Shown here piece after piece: positions 40,896-50,918 of a stretch of 64,000 nt of DNA. The position numbers were made by a program, and so were the translations under genes. Each line of letters opens with the position of its first letter. The stretch's first letter is position 1. Below the pieces are notes generated by a model. The model saw nothing but the letters and a program-made list of their open reading frames with translations. It made no database searches and was not told the DNA's origin. This stretch comes from Gammaproteobacteria bacterium (GTDB lineage Bacteria; Pseudomonadota; Gammaproteobacteria; UBA4575). The stretch covers positions 1 through 64,000 of the forward strand of contig CBDCTA010000003.1 of assembly GCA_965221955.1 (NCBI GenBank), read 5' to 3'.

Positions 40896-41582
40896 TTGAA
40901 TAGTTCTTTAGCGCGAACGCGTTGTGTGATGTTTGATTTAGATGGCACCCTAGTCGATAGTGCACCAGATATAGCAATCAGCATGAACAAAATGTTGCAG
41001 CAATTAAATTATCCCACACATGATCTTGCACAGGTGCGTGACTGGATGGGAAATGGAGCAACGAAGCTTATTAAGCGCGCGCTTACTGCGCAGGTGGATG
41101 GCGAGCCACCAGAAGCATTATTTAAAAAAGCCCAACAGACGTTTTTTGATCTTTATGACCAACACATTAATGTTGAAAGTGCCATGTATGCAGGAGCATT
41201 AGAGGGTTTAACGATTTTGCGAGAGCAATCCTATATTATGGCTTGTGTTACCAATAAACCCAGAAGGTTTACCCCTGCTTTATTAGAGGCTTTTGGTTTA
41301 GAGCATTATTTTGATTATCTAATCTGCGGTGATGACCTTGCAGTGAAAAAGCCTGATCCTCAAGTATTGCAAAATGTGTTGCGAGAAGCCGATTTAACCC
41401 CCATGCAAGCAGTGATGGTTGGGGACTCCGCCAGTGATATAAAAGCGGCCCGCGCAGCGAATATGAAGTCATTTTGTGTCCGATATGGATATCATCAGGG
41501 CACAGGAGTTGATGCTTTGGGCGCAGACTATATAATCGACTCCATTGAGGAAGTGCCTCAATATCTACTAAATACAGATTAA
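40896..41582 (+). CDS. gph: Phosphoglycolate phosphatase
   Basis: HAD motifs FDLDGTLVDS, TNKP, KKPDP, VGDSASD; rpe-gph-trpE synteny. Confidence 0.93.
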   Translation: MNSSLARTRCVMFDLDGTLVDSAPDIAISMNKMLQQLNYPTHDLAQVRDWMGNGATKLIKRALTAQVDGEPPEALFKKAQQTFFDLYDQHINVESAMYAGALEGLTILREQSYIMACVTNKPRRFTPALLEAFGLEHYFDYLICGDDLAVKKPDPQVLQNVLREADLTPMQAVMVGDSASDIKAARAANMKSFCVRYGYHQGTGVDALGADYIIDSIEEVPQYLLNTD

Positions 41583-41595
41583 GGAAAACTTTTCA

Positions 41596-41649
41596 GTGAT
41601 CATCTCTTTACAAAAAGGAATAGCTTGGCTTTTAAGTTGGCGTAGCTAG
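41596..41649 (+). CDS. trpL: Trp operon leader peptide (MIISLQKGIAWLLSWRS)
   Basis: AAGGA RBS, GTG start, two Trp codons near the C-terminus, followed by a GTACG..CGTAC stem and T tract before trpE. Confidence 0.7.
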   Translation: MIISLQKGIAWLLSWRS

Positions 41650-41704
41650 TACGTAACTGGCTAACCTGGCGTACGCGCTGTTCTTTTTTCGATTTGGAGA
41701 TGAT

Positions 41705-43171
41705 ATGGATTCCGCACAATTTGATTTACTAAAAAGCCAAGGCTACACCTGCATTCCGCTGGTGCGCGAAGTATTGGCTGATCTTGATACCCCATTGAGT
41801 GCTTATTTAAAGCTCGCGCATCAACCGTATACCTATTTATTTGAATCGGTTCAGGGTGGCGAACGATGGGGTCGATACTCCTTTATAGGTTTGTCATGCG
41901 CTGAACGCATTAAAGTGTTTGGTAATAAAGTAGTGCACGAAATTAATGGCGAGTTTCGCAAACAACAAGTTGATAACCCGCTTGATTGGGTGCAGAAGTT
42001 TTTAAAGCAATTTCATGTACCAGAAATTTCAGACCTGCCGCGTTTCACGGGCGGAGTGGTAGGCTATTTTGGATATGAAACCATACAATATATTGAGCCT
42101 CGTTTAAAAACTGCAGCAAAACCTGACGTATTACAAGCTCCTGATATTTTTTTGATGGTGTCTAAAGAGTTAGTGGTGTTTGATAATTTAAGTGGCAAGA
42201 TATTTTTAATTGTTCATGTTGATCCAAAAGATGAACAAGCACTAGAACAGGGCGAACAAAGGCTTGATGTACTTGCAGAAAGGTTGCATCACTCTGTGCC
42301 TAATCTTAATTCAGACTCATCTTCATCTGAAGTCAAGTTCGTTTCAGAATTTTCAGAAGATGAATTTAAACATGCGGTAGATGCGACGCGTGAATACATT
42401 CGTGCAGGTGATGTAATGCAAGTTGTATTATCACAAAGACAAAGCACAGATTTTACGGTTGCACCGATCAATTTATACCGAAGTTTGCGAAGTTTAAATC
42501 CTTCTCCTTATATGTATTACATGAATATGGAGGATTTTTATATTGTTGGTTCTTCTCCTGAAATTTTAGTTCGTCTAGAAGAAGATGAGGTGACAGTTCG
42601 GCCTATTGCTGGTACACGTCCGCGTGGTAAAGATGCGCAACAAGATCATGAATTAGAAATGGAATTGTTAGCTGACCCTAAAGAGCTAGCCGAGCATTTA
42701 ATGTTGATTGATCTTGGTCGTAATGATGTGGGTCGAGTGGCGCAAACAGGCAGCGTAATGTTGACCGACAAAATGATCATTGAGCGTTATTCGCATGTTA
42801 TGCATATTGTTTCAAATGTAATCGGTAAATTAACGAACAAGCTAGATGCGGTCGATGTATTAAAAGCAACGTTTCCGGCAGGCACCGTAAGCGGCGCACC
42901 AAAAATTCGCGCTATGGAAATTATTGATGAGTTTGAACCCACGAAACGCGGTATTTATTCAGGTGCAGTAGGCTATATTTCTTGGGATGGCAATATGGAT
43001 ACGGCTATTGCGATTCGCACAGCAGTCATAAAGGATGAAAAACTCTATATTCAAGCTGGAGCAGGGATTGTTTATGATTCCAATCCTGATAATGAGTGGA
43101 TCGAAACCAATAATAAAGCGGGCGCGATGAAAAAGGCTGCTGAACTTGCAAGTTTAATTAACCAAAAGTGA
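41705..43171 (+). CDS. trpE: Anthranilate synthase component I
   Basis: LFESVQGGERWGRYS, NPSPY, RPIAGT, EHLMLIDLGRND, GTVSGAPK. Confidence 0.97.
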   Translation: MDSAQFDLLKSQGYTCIPLVREVLADLDTPLSAYLKLAHQPYTYLFESVQGGERWGRYSFIGLSCAERIKVFGNKVVHEINGEFRKQQVDNPLDWVQKFLKQFHVPEISDLPRFTGGVVGYFGYETIQYIEPRLKTAAKPDVLQAPDIFLMVSKELVVFDNLSGKIFLIVHVDPKDEQALEQGEQRLDVLAERLHHSVPNLNSDSSSSEVKFVSEFSEDEFKHAVDATREYIRAGDVMQVVLSQRQSTDFTVAPINLYRSLRSLNPSPYMYYMNMEDFYIVGSSPEILVRLEEDEVTVRPIAGTRPRGKDAQQDHELEMELLADPKELAEHLMLIDLGRNDVGRVAQTGSVMLTDKMIIERYSHVMHIVSNVIGKLTNKLDAVDVLKATFPAGTVSGAPKIRAMEIIDEFEPTKRGIYSGAVGYISWDGNMDTAIAIRTAVIKDEKLYIQAGAGIVYDSNPDNEWIETNNKAGAMKKAAELASLINQK

Positions 43172-43180
43172 ATTAACATC

Positions 43181-43762
43181 ATGATATTAATGATCGACAA
43201 CTATGATTCATTCACTTACAACCTAGTGCAATACTTAGGTGAGATTGGTGAGGAAGTGAAAGTGGTACGCAATGATCAAATTGGCGTTAAAGAAATTAAA
43301 ATGCTTCAGCCAGATCATATTGTCATTTCGCCAGGCCCATGCACACCAAATGAGGCGGGAGTTTCATTAGAAACCATTACCGCACTAGGTGGAGAAATTC
43401 CTATTTTAGGTGTGTGTTTAGGCCATCAAAGTATTGGCCAAGCCTACGGTGGTAAGATCGTTAAAGCCCAACAGGTGATGCACGGTAAAACTTCATTGGT
43501 TCATCATCACAATAAACATGTATTTGAAAAGTGTGATAACCCTTTTACTGCAACGCGTTATCACTCGCTCGTTATCGAAAAACAATCTATTCCAGATTGT
43601 TTGGAAATCACAGCCTGGACAGAAAATGAATCAGGCGAGTTAGATGAAATTATGGGAGTACGGCATAAACAATTTGCTGTTGAAGGTGTGCAGTTTCATC
43701 CTGAATCAATACTTACGGATTTTGGTCATCATTTGTTAACTAACTTTGTTCGGCAAAACTAA
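43181..43762 (+). CDS. trpG: Anthranilate synthase component II (glutamine amidotransferase)
   Basis: [28 protein letters not shown]. Confidence 0.95.
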   Translation: MILMIDNYDSFTYNLVQYLGEIGEEVKVVRNDQIGVKEIKMLQPDHIVISPGPCTPNEAGVSLETITALGGEIPILGVCLGHQSIGQAYGGKIVKAQQVMHGKTSLVHHHNKHVFEKCDNPFTATRYHSLVIEKQSIPDCLEITAWTENESGELDEIMGVRHKQFAVEGVQFHPESILTDFGHHLLTNFVRQN

Positions 43763-43771
43763 AAAATAACT

Positions 43772-44791
43772 ATGGATATTCAACAAGCAATCAACACCGT
43801 AATTGAAGGCAATGATCTCGCTAGAGATGATATGACAACCGTGATGCGCACAGTGATGTCAGGCGAAGCAACTCCCGCACAAGTAGCAGGTTTACTCGTC
43901 GCATTGCGCATGAAAGGTGAAGCGGTTGAAGAGCTCACAGCCGCAGCTTCAGTAATGCGTGAACTTTCAGCAAAAGTTAATGTATCAACCGAAAACCTAG
44001 TCGATACTTGCGGTACAGGTGGTGATGCTAAAAGTACCTTTAATGTTTCCACAACCGCAGCTTTTGTCGTTGCTGCAGCAGGTGCGAAAGTGGCGAAGCA
44101 TGGTAATCGTTCTGTATCCAGTAAAAGTGGCAGCGCTGATTTATTAGAAGCGGCGGGGGTGAATTTACAATTAACGCCTGAACAAGTTGCCCAGTGTATT
44201 GAAGAAGTGGGCATAGGTTTTTTATTTGCGCCTGCACATCATAGTGCGATGAAGCATGCTATTGGCCCACGTAAAGAGTTAGGCACACGCACCATGTTTA
44301 ATTTGCTTGGTCCCCTTACAAATCCCGCAAATGCGCCTCATCAAGTCTTGGGTGTGTTTAGCGCACAATGGGTAGAGCCTTTAGCCAATGTATTAAAGTC
44401 TTTAGGTAGCAAGCATGTATTAGTGGTGCATGCAGAAGATGGTTTAGATGAAATTAGTATTGCGAGTGGGACAACAATTTCAGAATTAAAAGATGGTTCA
44501 GTCACTCGCTATAACATTGCCCCAAAACAGTTTGGCATACAGGAGAGTAGTCTTGCGGATATCGTCGCTAGCGATGTCTCACAAAGCTTGCAAATCGTGA
44601 ATAGTGTTTTTGATAATCAAGTCGGTGCGGCTTTAGATATCGTAAAACTCAATGCAGGGGCGGCCATTTACGCCAGTGATAAAGCTACGAGCTTAGAAGA
44701 AGGTGTGCAGCTTGCAGCTGAGGCAATTGCCAGTGGTGCCGCAAAAAACAAATTCCAACAATATATCGAACTAACAAAAAGTATGAGTTAA
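43772..44791 (+). CDS. trpD: Anthranilate phosphoribosyltransferase
   Basis: [29 protein letters not shown]. Confidence 0.97.
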   Translation: MDIQQAINTVIEGNDLARDDMTTVMRTVMSGEATPAQVAGLLVALRMKGEAVEELTAAASVMRELSAKVNVSTENLVDTCGTGGDAKSTFNVSTTAAFVVAAAGAKVAKHGNRSVSSKSGSADLLEAAGVNLQLTPEQVAQCIEEVGIGFLFAPAHHSAMKHAIGPRKELGTRTMFNLLGPLTNPANAPHQVLGVFSAQWVEPLANVLKSLGSKHVLVVHAEDGLDEISIASGTTISELKDGSVTRYNIAPKQFGIQESSLADIVASDVSQSLQIVNSVFDNQVGAALDIVKLNAGAAIYASDKATSLEEGVQLAAEAIASGAAKNKFQQYIELTKSMS

Positions 44792-44796
44792 AGACA

Positions 44797-45591
44797 ATGG
44801 ATCAGCCTGAAATACTCACAAAAATTATAGAACATAAAAAGAAAGAACTTGTAGAACGCAAGCTGCACATGCCACTTGAAAAATTTCAAGAAATGGCGAA
44901 AGAAGCACCTGCCCCACGTGGTTTTGAAAGAGCTTTGCGCGGTGCTCAAGCGGCAAAACGGCCCGGGGTGATTGCAGAAATTAAACGCGCTTCACCCAGT
45001 AAGGGTATTTTGCGGGAAAACTTTAACCCGATGGAAATTGCAGCCAGTTACCAAATGAATGGTGCGACGTGTGTATCGATATTAACCGACAGTGAATTCT
45101 TTAAAGGTTCTTGTGCTATTTTAGAATTGTCTCGTAAAACCTGTTGGCTGCCTATATTGCGCAAAGACTTTATTATTGATCCTTATCAAGTATATGAAAC
45201 GCGTGCAGTAGATGCAGATTGCTTGTTATTAATTGTTGCTGCACTTGAAGATGAACAAATCGCAGAACTTTATGCACTTGGCAAAGAATTAGGTTTAGAT
45301 GTTTTAGTGGAAGTCCACAATGAAGAAGAAATGGATCGTGCTCTCAAACTCGAACCAACCATGATAGGCATTAACAACCGTGATTTGCACACTTTTGATG
45401 TATCGCTAGATACAACATTTAATCTGCTTTCTAAAATACCTGGAGATTGTCATATAGTGACTGAAAGTGGTATTCACACTAAAGAGGACATTGCGCTTAT
45501 GACCGAAAAAGGTGTGAATTCCTTTTTAGTGGGTGAAGCCTTTATGGTTGCAGAGAATCCAGGCGCTAAACTGAAACAGCTGTTCTTCTAG
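44797..45591 (+). CDS. trpC: Indole-3-glycerol phosphate synthase
   Basis: IAEIKRASPSKG, LRKDFIID, GINNRDL, ESGI. Confidence 0.97.
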   Translation: MDQPEILTKIIEHKKKELVERKLHMPLEKFQEMAKEAPAPRGFERALRGAQAAKRPGVIAEIKRASPSKGILRENFNPMEIAASYQMNGATCVSILTDSEFFKGSCAILELSRKTCWLPILRKDFIIDPYQVYETRAVDADCLLLIVAALEDEQIAELYALGKELGLDVLVEVHNEEEMDRALKLEPTMIGINNRDLHTFDVSLDTTFNLLSKIPGDCHIVTESGIHTKEDIALMTEKGVNSFLVGEAFMVAENPGAKLKQLFF

Positions 45592-45618
45592 TTTACAAAT
45601 ACAAATTCGAGGTAAAAC

Positions 45619-46029
45619 ATGCCTAAACCTACACTCGACAATTCGCATCCCATCATGCGCTTTATCTTATTGATAGAGCGTATTGGTTTAGTATTGATCA
45701 CCCTTGCTACTATTGTGGCCATAGGCCAAGAATTGCATGTTATCTATCAGCAAGGACGTGTCGAACTACATGACATCTTGTTATTATTTATCTACTTAGA
45801 AATTTTAACCATGGTAGGGCTCTACTTTACCAGTGGTAAACTTCCGGTACGTTATCCAATCTATATTTCCATCGTTGCTATCACGCGTTATATTATTTTG
45901 GGAATGAAGGAGCTGAATGCGGTAGACATTGTCTGGCTTGCAGCTGCCATATTATTGTTAGCTGTTGCATCCGTTGCACTGAGATATGGATCTTCTAAGT
46001 TTCCATATAAGACGGAGCAGGCGGACTAG
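45619..46029 (+). CDS. psiE: Phosphate-starvation-inducible PsiE family membrane protein
   Basis: DILLLFIYLE, LPVRYPIYI..RYII. Confidence 0.88.
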   Translation: MPKPTLDNSHPIMRFILLIERIGLVLITLATIVAIGQELHVIYQQGRVELHDILLLFIYLEILTMVGLYFTSGKLPVRYPIYISIVAITRYIILGMKELNAVDIVWLAAAILLLAVASVALRYGSSKFPYKTEQAD

Positions 46030-46092
46030 TGAGCAGAAGGATGATTATTTTTATTCTATATAAGCGCTTTAAGTAGAAGAGGAATACGTAGG

Positions 46093-46464
46093 TTATTGAT
46101 AAATTCTATATGAGCCATATCTAATGGTTTTTTCGTTTATTCGAATGCGTTTTTTCTCTTTATGTGCCTTATTTATAGACTGATCAAGTTTAATTTTTGC
46201 ATGTTCAATTGCTAGTGTTATAGCGGAAAATAAATCTAATGAGTTTAGTTTGGTTTCGACTGGGACTTGGTTGTAAATATAAATTCTAATAAAACAAGAT
46301 ATTTCAGAGTGACTATAATCTGAATTTTTATCAAATAGACTTATTACAATTTTATGTACTTTGTCTTTATCATAGCCAAACACGCTATGAAGACGTTGCA
46401 AAATATGTTTTTTTATTGGTTCATTTAGCTTTAAACCATGTGTTTGTATATTAATTTCTTGCAA
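46093..46464 (-). CDS. Divergent HPF/RaiA (S30AE) family ribosome-associated protein
   Basis: INIQTHGLKLNEPIKKHILQRL..C.I.I..DLFSAITLAIEHAK; TTG start. Confidence 0.65.
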   Translation of the reverse strand: MQEINIQTHGLKLNEPIKKHILQRLHSVFGYDKDKVHKIVISLFDKNSDYSHSEISCFIRIYIYNQVPVETKLNSLDLFSAITLAIEHAKIKLDQSINKAHKEKKRIRINEKTIRYGSYRIYQ

Positions 46465-46563
46465 AATTTATCACCTATTAATTCAATTTTTTAAGCGTAA
46501 GTTACATAGGTTTGTGATACTAATTGAATTAAACTTAAGTAAATATTTTTAAAATATATAATA

Positions 46564-46632
46564 GCTCCAGTTATTATCGAAATAACTGGGGCAACTGGTT
46601 TAAGAAGTGCAAACAGCACTTCGGGGGGGAGT
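46564..46632 (-). ncRNA. Candidate small RNA: C-rich anti-SD-like head plus two hairpins
   Basis: Minus strand CTCCCCCCC-GAAGTGC/GCACTTC..GCCCCAGTTATT/AATAACTGGAGC; GC-rich patch in AT-rich DNA. Confidence 0.35.
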
Positions 46633-46689
46633 AGTTAATAGCATGGGAATTGTTAGCAAAATAGTTAGTGTTATGTAAGAAGTAGTAGA

Positions 46690-47175
46690 TTAGTATAAAT
46701 AGAGAGAAAAGTTTCTTTTCTGTTGGGTTTTTGAATCATTATCTTTTTGAATTGCATTAATCATTGTCTCCCATGGTAATAACACGCAGTCATATACTGA
46801 ATGTTGGTGTTTATTTTTAGATATATCGCAAAGCTTCCTTATTAGAACATCAAATGATTTATGGTCATTAATTTCATTGGAGATAAGTTTCTTGATACGG
46901 TTAAATAATAGTTGTGCGTAATCAAATGTTTGACCATTAAGCTCATCAGCCATTATAGATGCAGAGGCTTTAGTTGACGAACAGCACTTGCCTGTAAAGC
47001 TAATATTATGCAACGTGTCCTGGAATTTACTAAAATATATTGTAATAGAATCGCCACATATAAGATTTGAGCCTTGTGCTTGTTGGTATCTATTTTGAAG
47101 AGATCTCATATCGTATTTTGAAAAAAATATGTGATCTCTTAAAATTTCCTCAAATATGTCTTCTGTTCTTAACAT
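46690..47175 (-). CDS. Divergent SufU/IscU-family protein
   Basis: GSNLICGDSI, ISFTGKCC..ASASIM, DCVLLPWE (three conserved Cys regions). Confidence 0.8.
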   Translation of the reverse strand: MLRTEDIFEEILRDHIFFSKYDMRSLQNRYQQAQGSNLICGDSITIYFSKFQDTLHNISFTGKCCSSTKASASIMADELNGQTFDYAQLLFNRIKKLISNEINDHKSFDVLIRKLCDISKNKHQHSVYDCVLLPWETMINAIQKDNDSKTQQKRNFSLYLY

Positions 47176-47222
47176 CGGCTAAATATCTTTGTGAATACTA
47201 AAGCTAATTGAAATTAAATTAG

Positions 47223-47327
47223 TCATGTAAATAACAGTAAAATTAATCCAAATGTTAGCGCCATACCTGTTGTGAGTGCTGCCAACTCCCCCCACAATTG
47301 ACAGTTAAAGCATTTTTTGCAAATCAT
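47223..47327 (-). CDS. Putative 34-aa Cys-rich membrane microprotein (MICKKCFNCQLWGELAALTTGMALTFGLILLLFT)
   Basis: AAGGA RBS upstream, CxxCxxC plus C-terminal TM helix, co-oriented within the island operon. Confidence 0.5.
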   Translation of the reverse strand: MICKKCFNCQLWGELAALTTGMALTFGLILLLFT

Positions 47328-47389
47328 GTCCTTATTTCCTTTTTTCGCTAATATGTATATTAATGTGTTAATAGTGTTGTAATTCCGAG

Positions 47390-48067
47390 TTAATTAGATT
47401 GAGAAAAAAATGAGTGATTGGTCTCAGAGTTGATTAATTTATCAATCATTAATGCATCATTTAAATCAGCAACATAAAAATTAGGGTTCATGTAGATTGC
47501 TTCAAATACCCATTTCAAGGAACTTATGGCTTCACGTGTATTTTCAGCGACTAAAGCTTCACGCGCAGTTAATAAGCTTGCTTTAGCAAATGCATAGTCA
47601 AAATATGCAGCACTTGAATCATTTTGCTTATTATTATTTCCTTGATACATAATCCCATTTTTCAACTTTGAATATATAGTTGGAAATGTTGTCTTGTCTT
47701 GTAAAACATCATTGCTTACAGGTGGGTAAATAAACCAATATTCTTTTGAGCCATTGATGATTAATGGACTTTTATTTTCTGCATGCGTGTCATGCGATAA
47801 TTGATCTTTCAGCATTTCTACTTTAGTAATTGCTTTCTTGACAGAAAGAAGTGAACTCTGTGGATTAGATTCGACGTTTACAAGAGCATCTTCAGTACTT
47901 TTTAGAATATTTTCTACTAACTCATCAACACTGATGCTGTCAACTTTTGTAGGTGTGATGTCCTTGTTTATCTTTTTTATATCTGCAAATGCTGCTATTG
48001 GCAGTATGGCTATAATTAAAAAAAAGTATAAAAATTTATTGCGAATATTTGTGCTCATAATTTTCAT
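47390..48067 (-). CDS. Exported hypothetical protein (weakly YfdX-like)
   Basis: Signal peptide, helical; AKASLLTAREAL..AISSL resembles the YfdX C-terminal helix pattern. Confidence 0.5.
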   Translation of the reverse strand: MKIMSTNIRNKFLYFFLIIAILPIAAFADIKKINKDITPTKVDSISVDELVENILKSTEDALVNVESNPQSSLLSVKKAITKVEMLKDQLSHDTHAENKSPLIINGSKEYWFIYPPVSNDVLQDKTTFPTIYSKLKNGIMYQGNNNKQNDSSAAYFDYAFAKASLLTAREALVAENTREAISSLKWVFEAIYMNPNFYVADLNDALMIDKLINSETNHSFFSQSN

Positions 48068-48456
48068 TAAAGTTCTCTTGTTAGTTGCGGATTATGATTT
48101 GGTAATCTGAGTATCTTTTTGCTAGATTTTTGCTTTTTTAAGATAGAAATTTTATTTAATAATTTTTCTAACTTTGCAAATCTTCTGACTACATTTCTTT
48201 TTGCCCGAAGTGCTGCGTACTCTATAGCTAAATAGACACTATCAGCGTGAAATTCGGAAACAATTGTTGGAAGAGCGCGTGCTTGGATATGTATTTGACA
48301 AGTCACATTATTTTTGTTGTTTGATTTGAAATATCGAACATAAACTTTTTGGACTCTTTTGCTTATGTTAGAAAATAGATCGTTAATTCTATTTTCTGTG
48401 TGTCTGCGTAAATGATCTGTAATCTCTACATTGTGTGATTGAATAATAAGTTGCAT
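48067..48456 (-). CDS. HPF/RaiA (sigma54 modulation / S30AE) family protein
   Basis: MQLIIQSHNVEITDHLRRHTENRI..TCQIHI..DSVYLAIEYAALRAKRNVVR. Confidence 0.8.
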   Translation of the reverse strand: MQLIIQSHNVEITDHLRRHTENRINDLFSNISKRVQKVYVRYFKSNNKNNVTCQIHIQARALPTIVSEFHADSVYLAIEYAALRAKRNVVRRFAKLEKLLNKISILKKQKSSKKILRLPNHNPQLTREL

Positions 48457-48513
48457 ATGTTTTAGTGATTGTTGAAATTGTGTTTAGCGTAATCATCAAT
48501 CCGTTTCATAACA

Positions 48514-48612
48514 ATTCGTTTATTTTTAGGTAATACATCGGTTTAACTAGATGAGATGAAAATAATTGGGCTAAAAAAGCGGTTAGTTGCTAATACATCG
48601 GGAATATCGAAT
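48514..48612. promoter_or_regulatory. Putative NhaR/LysR operator region with direct repeat TAATACATCGG
   Basis: Identical 11-mers at 48531 and 48591 (60 bp apart) in the divergent nhaR/HPF spacer. Confidence 0.45.
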
Positions 48613-48692
48613 ATAATATACTCATAATACGAATATACCTTACAATTAAATATGAGTATTATGGCTAGGTAATATAAAAACAAAACACTCAA

Positions 48693-49592
48693 ATGCGACA
48701 TTTAAACTACAACCATCTACATTATTTTTGGACCGTTGCGCGTGAGGGGAGTATTGCTAAAGCTTCTGAAGTTCTACATATCACTCCACAAACAATTAGT
48801 GGTCAACTCAAGCTATTAGAAGATTCTGTAGGATCTGCGCTTTTTCAGCGAAAGGGGCGTGGCCTAATGTTGACTGATACGGGTCAGATAGTTCATTTAT
48901 ATGCTGATGAAATATTTTCTTTAGGCGCAGAGTTATCGCAGCGTTTAAAAAGCAAAGAGCCAGGTAAATCTCTTGAATTAAATGTGGGAGTTGTATTTTC
49001 AATTGCTAAGTTAATTGCTTACAGAATACTTGAGCCTGTACTTGAGCTCGAGGATCCTGTACGGGTTATTTGCCATGAGGGTAACCTTGAGAAACTTCTA
49101 GGTGATCTTGCAGTGCATAAATTAGACCTTATTTTATCTGATAGACCACTTCCGCCAGGTTTGCACGTAAAAGCGTATAACCATGTGCTAGGAAATAGCA
49201 CGATTTCGTTTTTTGCAGAAAGGAAACTTGCAAAATCATTTCGTAAGAATTTTCCAACCTCATTAGATAATGCACCTATGCTCATGCCTGTTAAAACTAA
49301 TGTACTTCGAAGGAGTTTGGAAGATTGGTTCGATCAACAAGAAATTGATCTGAATATAATTTCAGAATTTGACGATAGTGCCTTGCTCAAAGCATTTGGA
49401 AGTGCGGGTGTAGGAGTTTTTCCTGCACCCACTGCCATATCTGAGCATGTTGAACATATGTACAACGCAAGTTTGATTGGGACAGTAGATGAATTGAATG
49501 AATCGTATTATGCCATTTCGCCAGAAAGAAAATTAAAACACCCAGGCGTAATGTGTATTACTGAAACTGCACGGGAAGAACTATTCAATTAG
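48693..49592 (+). CDS. nhaR: LysR-family transcriptional activator NhaR
   Basis: LNYNHLHYFW..TPQTISGQLKLLE, HKLDLILSD, EFDDSALLKAFG. Confidence 0.93.
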   Translation: MRHLNYNHLHYFWTVAREGSIAKASEVLHITPQTISGQLKLLEDSVGSALFQRKGRGLMLTDTGQIVHLYADEIFSLGAELSQRLKSKEPGKSLELNVGVVFSIAKLIAYRILEPVLELEDPVRVICHEGNLEKLLGDLAVHKLDLILSDRPLPPGLHVKAYNHVLGNSTISFFAERKLAKSFRKNFPTSLDNAPMLMPVKTNVLRRSLEDWFDQQEIDLNIISEFDDSALLKAFGSAGVGVFPAPTAISEHVEHMYNASLIGTVDELNESYYAISPERKLKHPGVMCITETAREELFN

Positions 49593-49597
49593 TCATT

Positions 49598-50794
49598 ATG
49601 AAAAATTCTAATAACGCCTTTTTTGCAAAATATATTCAGCAAGAGTCTTTTGCTGGAATCTTTTTGGTAACAACGGCGTTCCTTGCGATTCTTGTGGCCA
49701 ATTCGCCATTAAATGTTTACTACCAAATGCTCATCGACACGCCGGTAGCAATTAAAGTGGGTCAATTAGAAATCTATAAACCTCTTCTGCTTTGGGTAAA
49801 TGATGGCTTGATGGCCATATTTTTCTTTTTGATTGGTTTAGAGCTAAAGCGAGAATTTATTGAAGGTGAGCTATCCGAACGAAAAAAAATTGTTTTACCA
49901 GCACTAGGCGCTCTGGGTGGAATGTTTGTGCCAGCATTAATTTATGTCTGGTTAAATTATGACGATCCTGTTGCTCTACAAGGTTGGGCTATACCAGCTG
50001 CAACCGATATTGCATTTGCATTGGGGATTTTGTCTTTATTAGGTTCTAGGGTTCCCATTAGTTTAAAAGTATTTTTAACATCATTGGCGATTTTTGATGA
50101 CGTAGGGGCTATCCTGATCATTGCATTATTTTACACGAGTAAAATTTCAATTGTAGCGTTGTTAATCGTTGCAGTAACTTGTTTAATTTTATTTGTATTA
50201 AATAAAAAAAGGATAACGGATAAAAGTATATATATTATTTTTGGCATTGTTATGTGGGTAGCAATGTTAAAATCAGGCGTGCATGCGACACTTGCAGGTG
50301 TAATTTTAGCTTTATTTATTCCATTTTATGCAAAATCAAATCAGGAAACTTCACCTCTCAAAAGTTTAGAGCAAGATTTGCATTCAACCGTTGCATTAAT
50401 AATTCTACCAATTTTTGCCTTTTGCAATGCAGGTGTTAATTTCTCGAATTTTGGACTGGAGCAACTATTACATGGGATTCCTCTAGGAATCGCACTTGGA
50501 TTGTTTTTTGGAAACCAAATAGGCATATTTTTATTCTGTTGGTTGGGGATCAAATTACGCTTAACAACACTTCCTGAAGAAATCTCATGGCTTTCCTTGT
50601 ATGGAACTGCTGCGCTCTGTGGTGTTGGATTTACAATGAGCTTGTTTATCGGCTCGCTTGCCTTTGAGGAGACAGGTGCAAATTATTTGATAGATGAAAG
50701 AATAGGAATTCTTATTGGTTCATTGGTTTCTGGTATATATGGATATTTTATTTTACGTAATAGTCTAAAACTAAATTCAAATAATGTGGGTTAA
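49598..50794 (+). CDS. nhaA: Na+/H+ antiporter NhaA
   Basis: WVNDGLMAIFF, WAIPAATDIAFALG, LAIFDD, SGVHATLAG, CGVGFTMSLFI. Confidence 0.97.
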   Translation: MKNSNNAFFAKYIQQESFAGIFLVTTAFLAILVANSPLNVYYQMLIDTPVAIKVGQLEIYKPLLLWVNDGLMAIFFFLIGLELKREFIEGELSERKKIVLPALGALGGMFVPALIYVWLNYDDPVALQGWAIPAATDIAFALGILSLLGSRVPISLKVFLTSLAIFDDVGAILIIALFYTSKISIVALLIVAVTCLILFVLNKKRITDKSIYIIFGIVMWVAMLKSGVHATLAGVILALFIPFYAKSNQETSPLKSLEQDLHSTVALIILPIFAFCNAGVNFSNFGLEQLLHGIPLGIALGLFFGNQIGIFLFCWLGIKLRLTTLPEEISWLSLYGTAALCGVGFTMSLFIGSLAFEETGANYLIDERIGILIGSLVSGIYGYFILRNSLKLNSNNVG

Positions 50795-50918
50795 CTCATA
50801 AATCTTTTATATTTGATTAAAATTGATTTGCAAAGCTTATGTAAGTTTGATGATTCTGCGTTAAATCAGATATAACAACTTGTTCCAAGTTAGTTTGAAA
50901 AGAAACATAACTGTTGAA

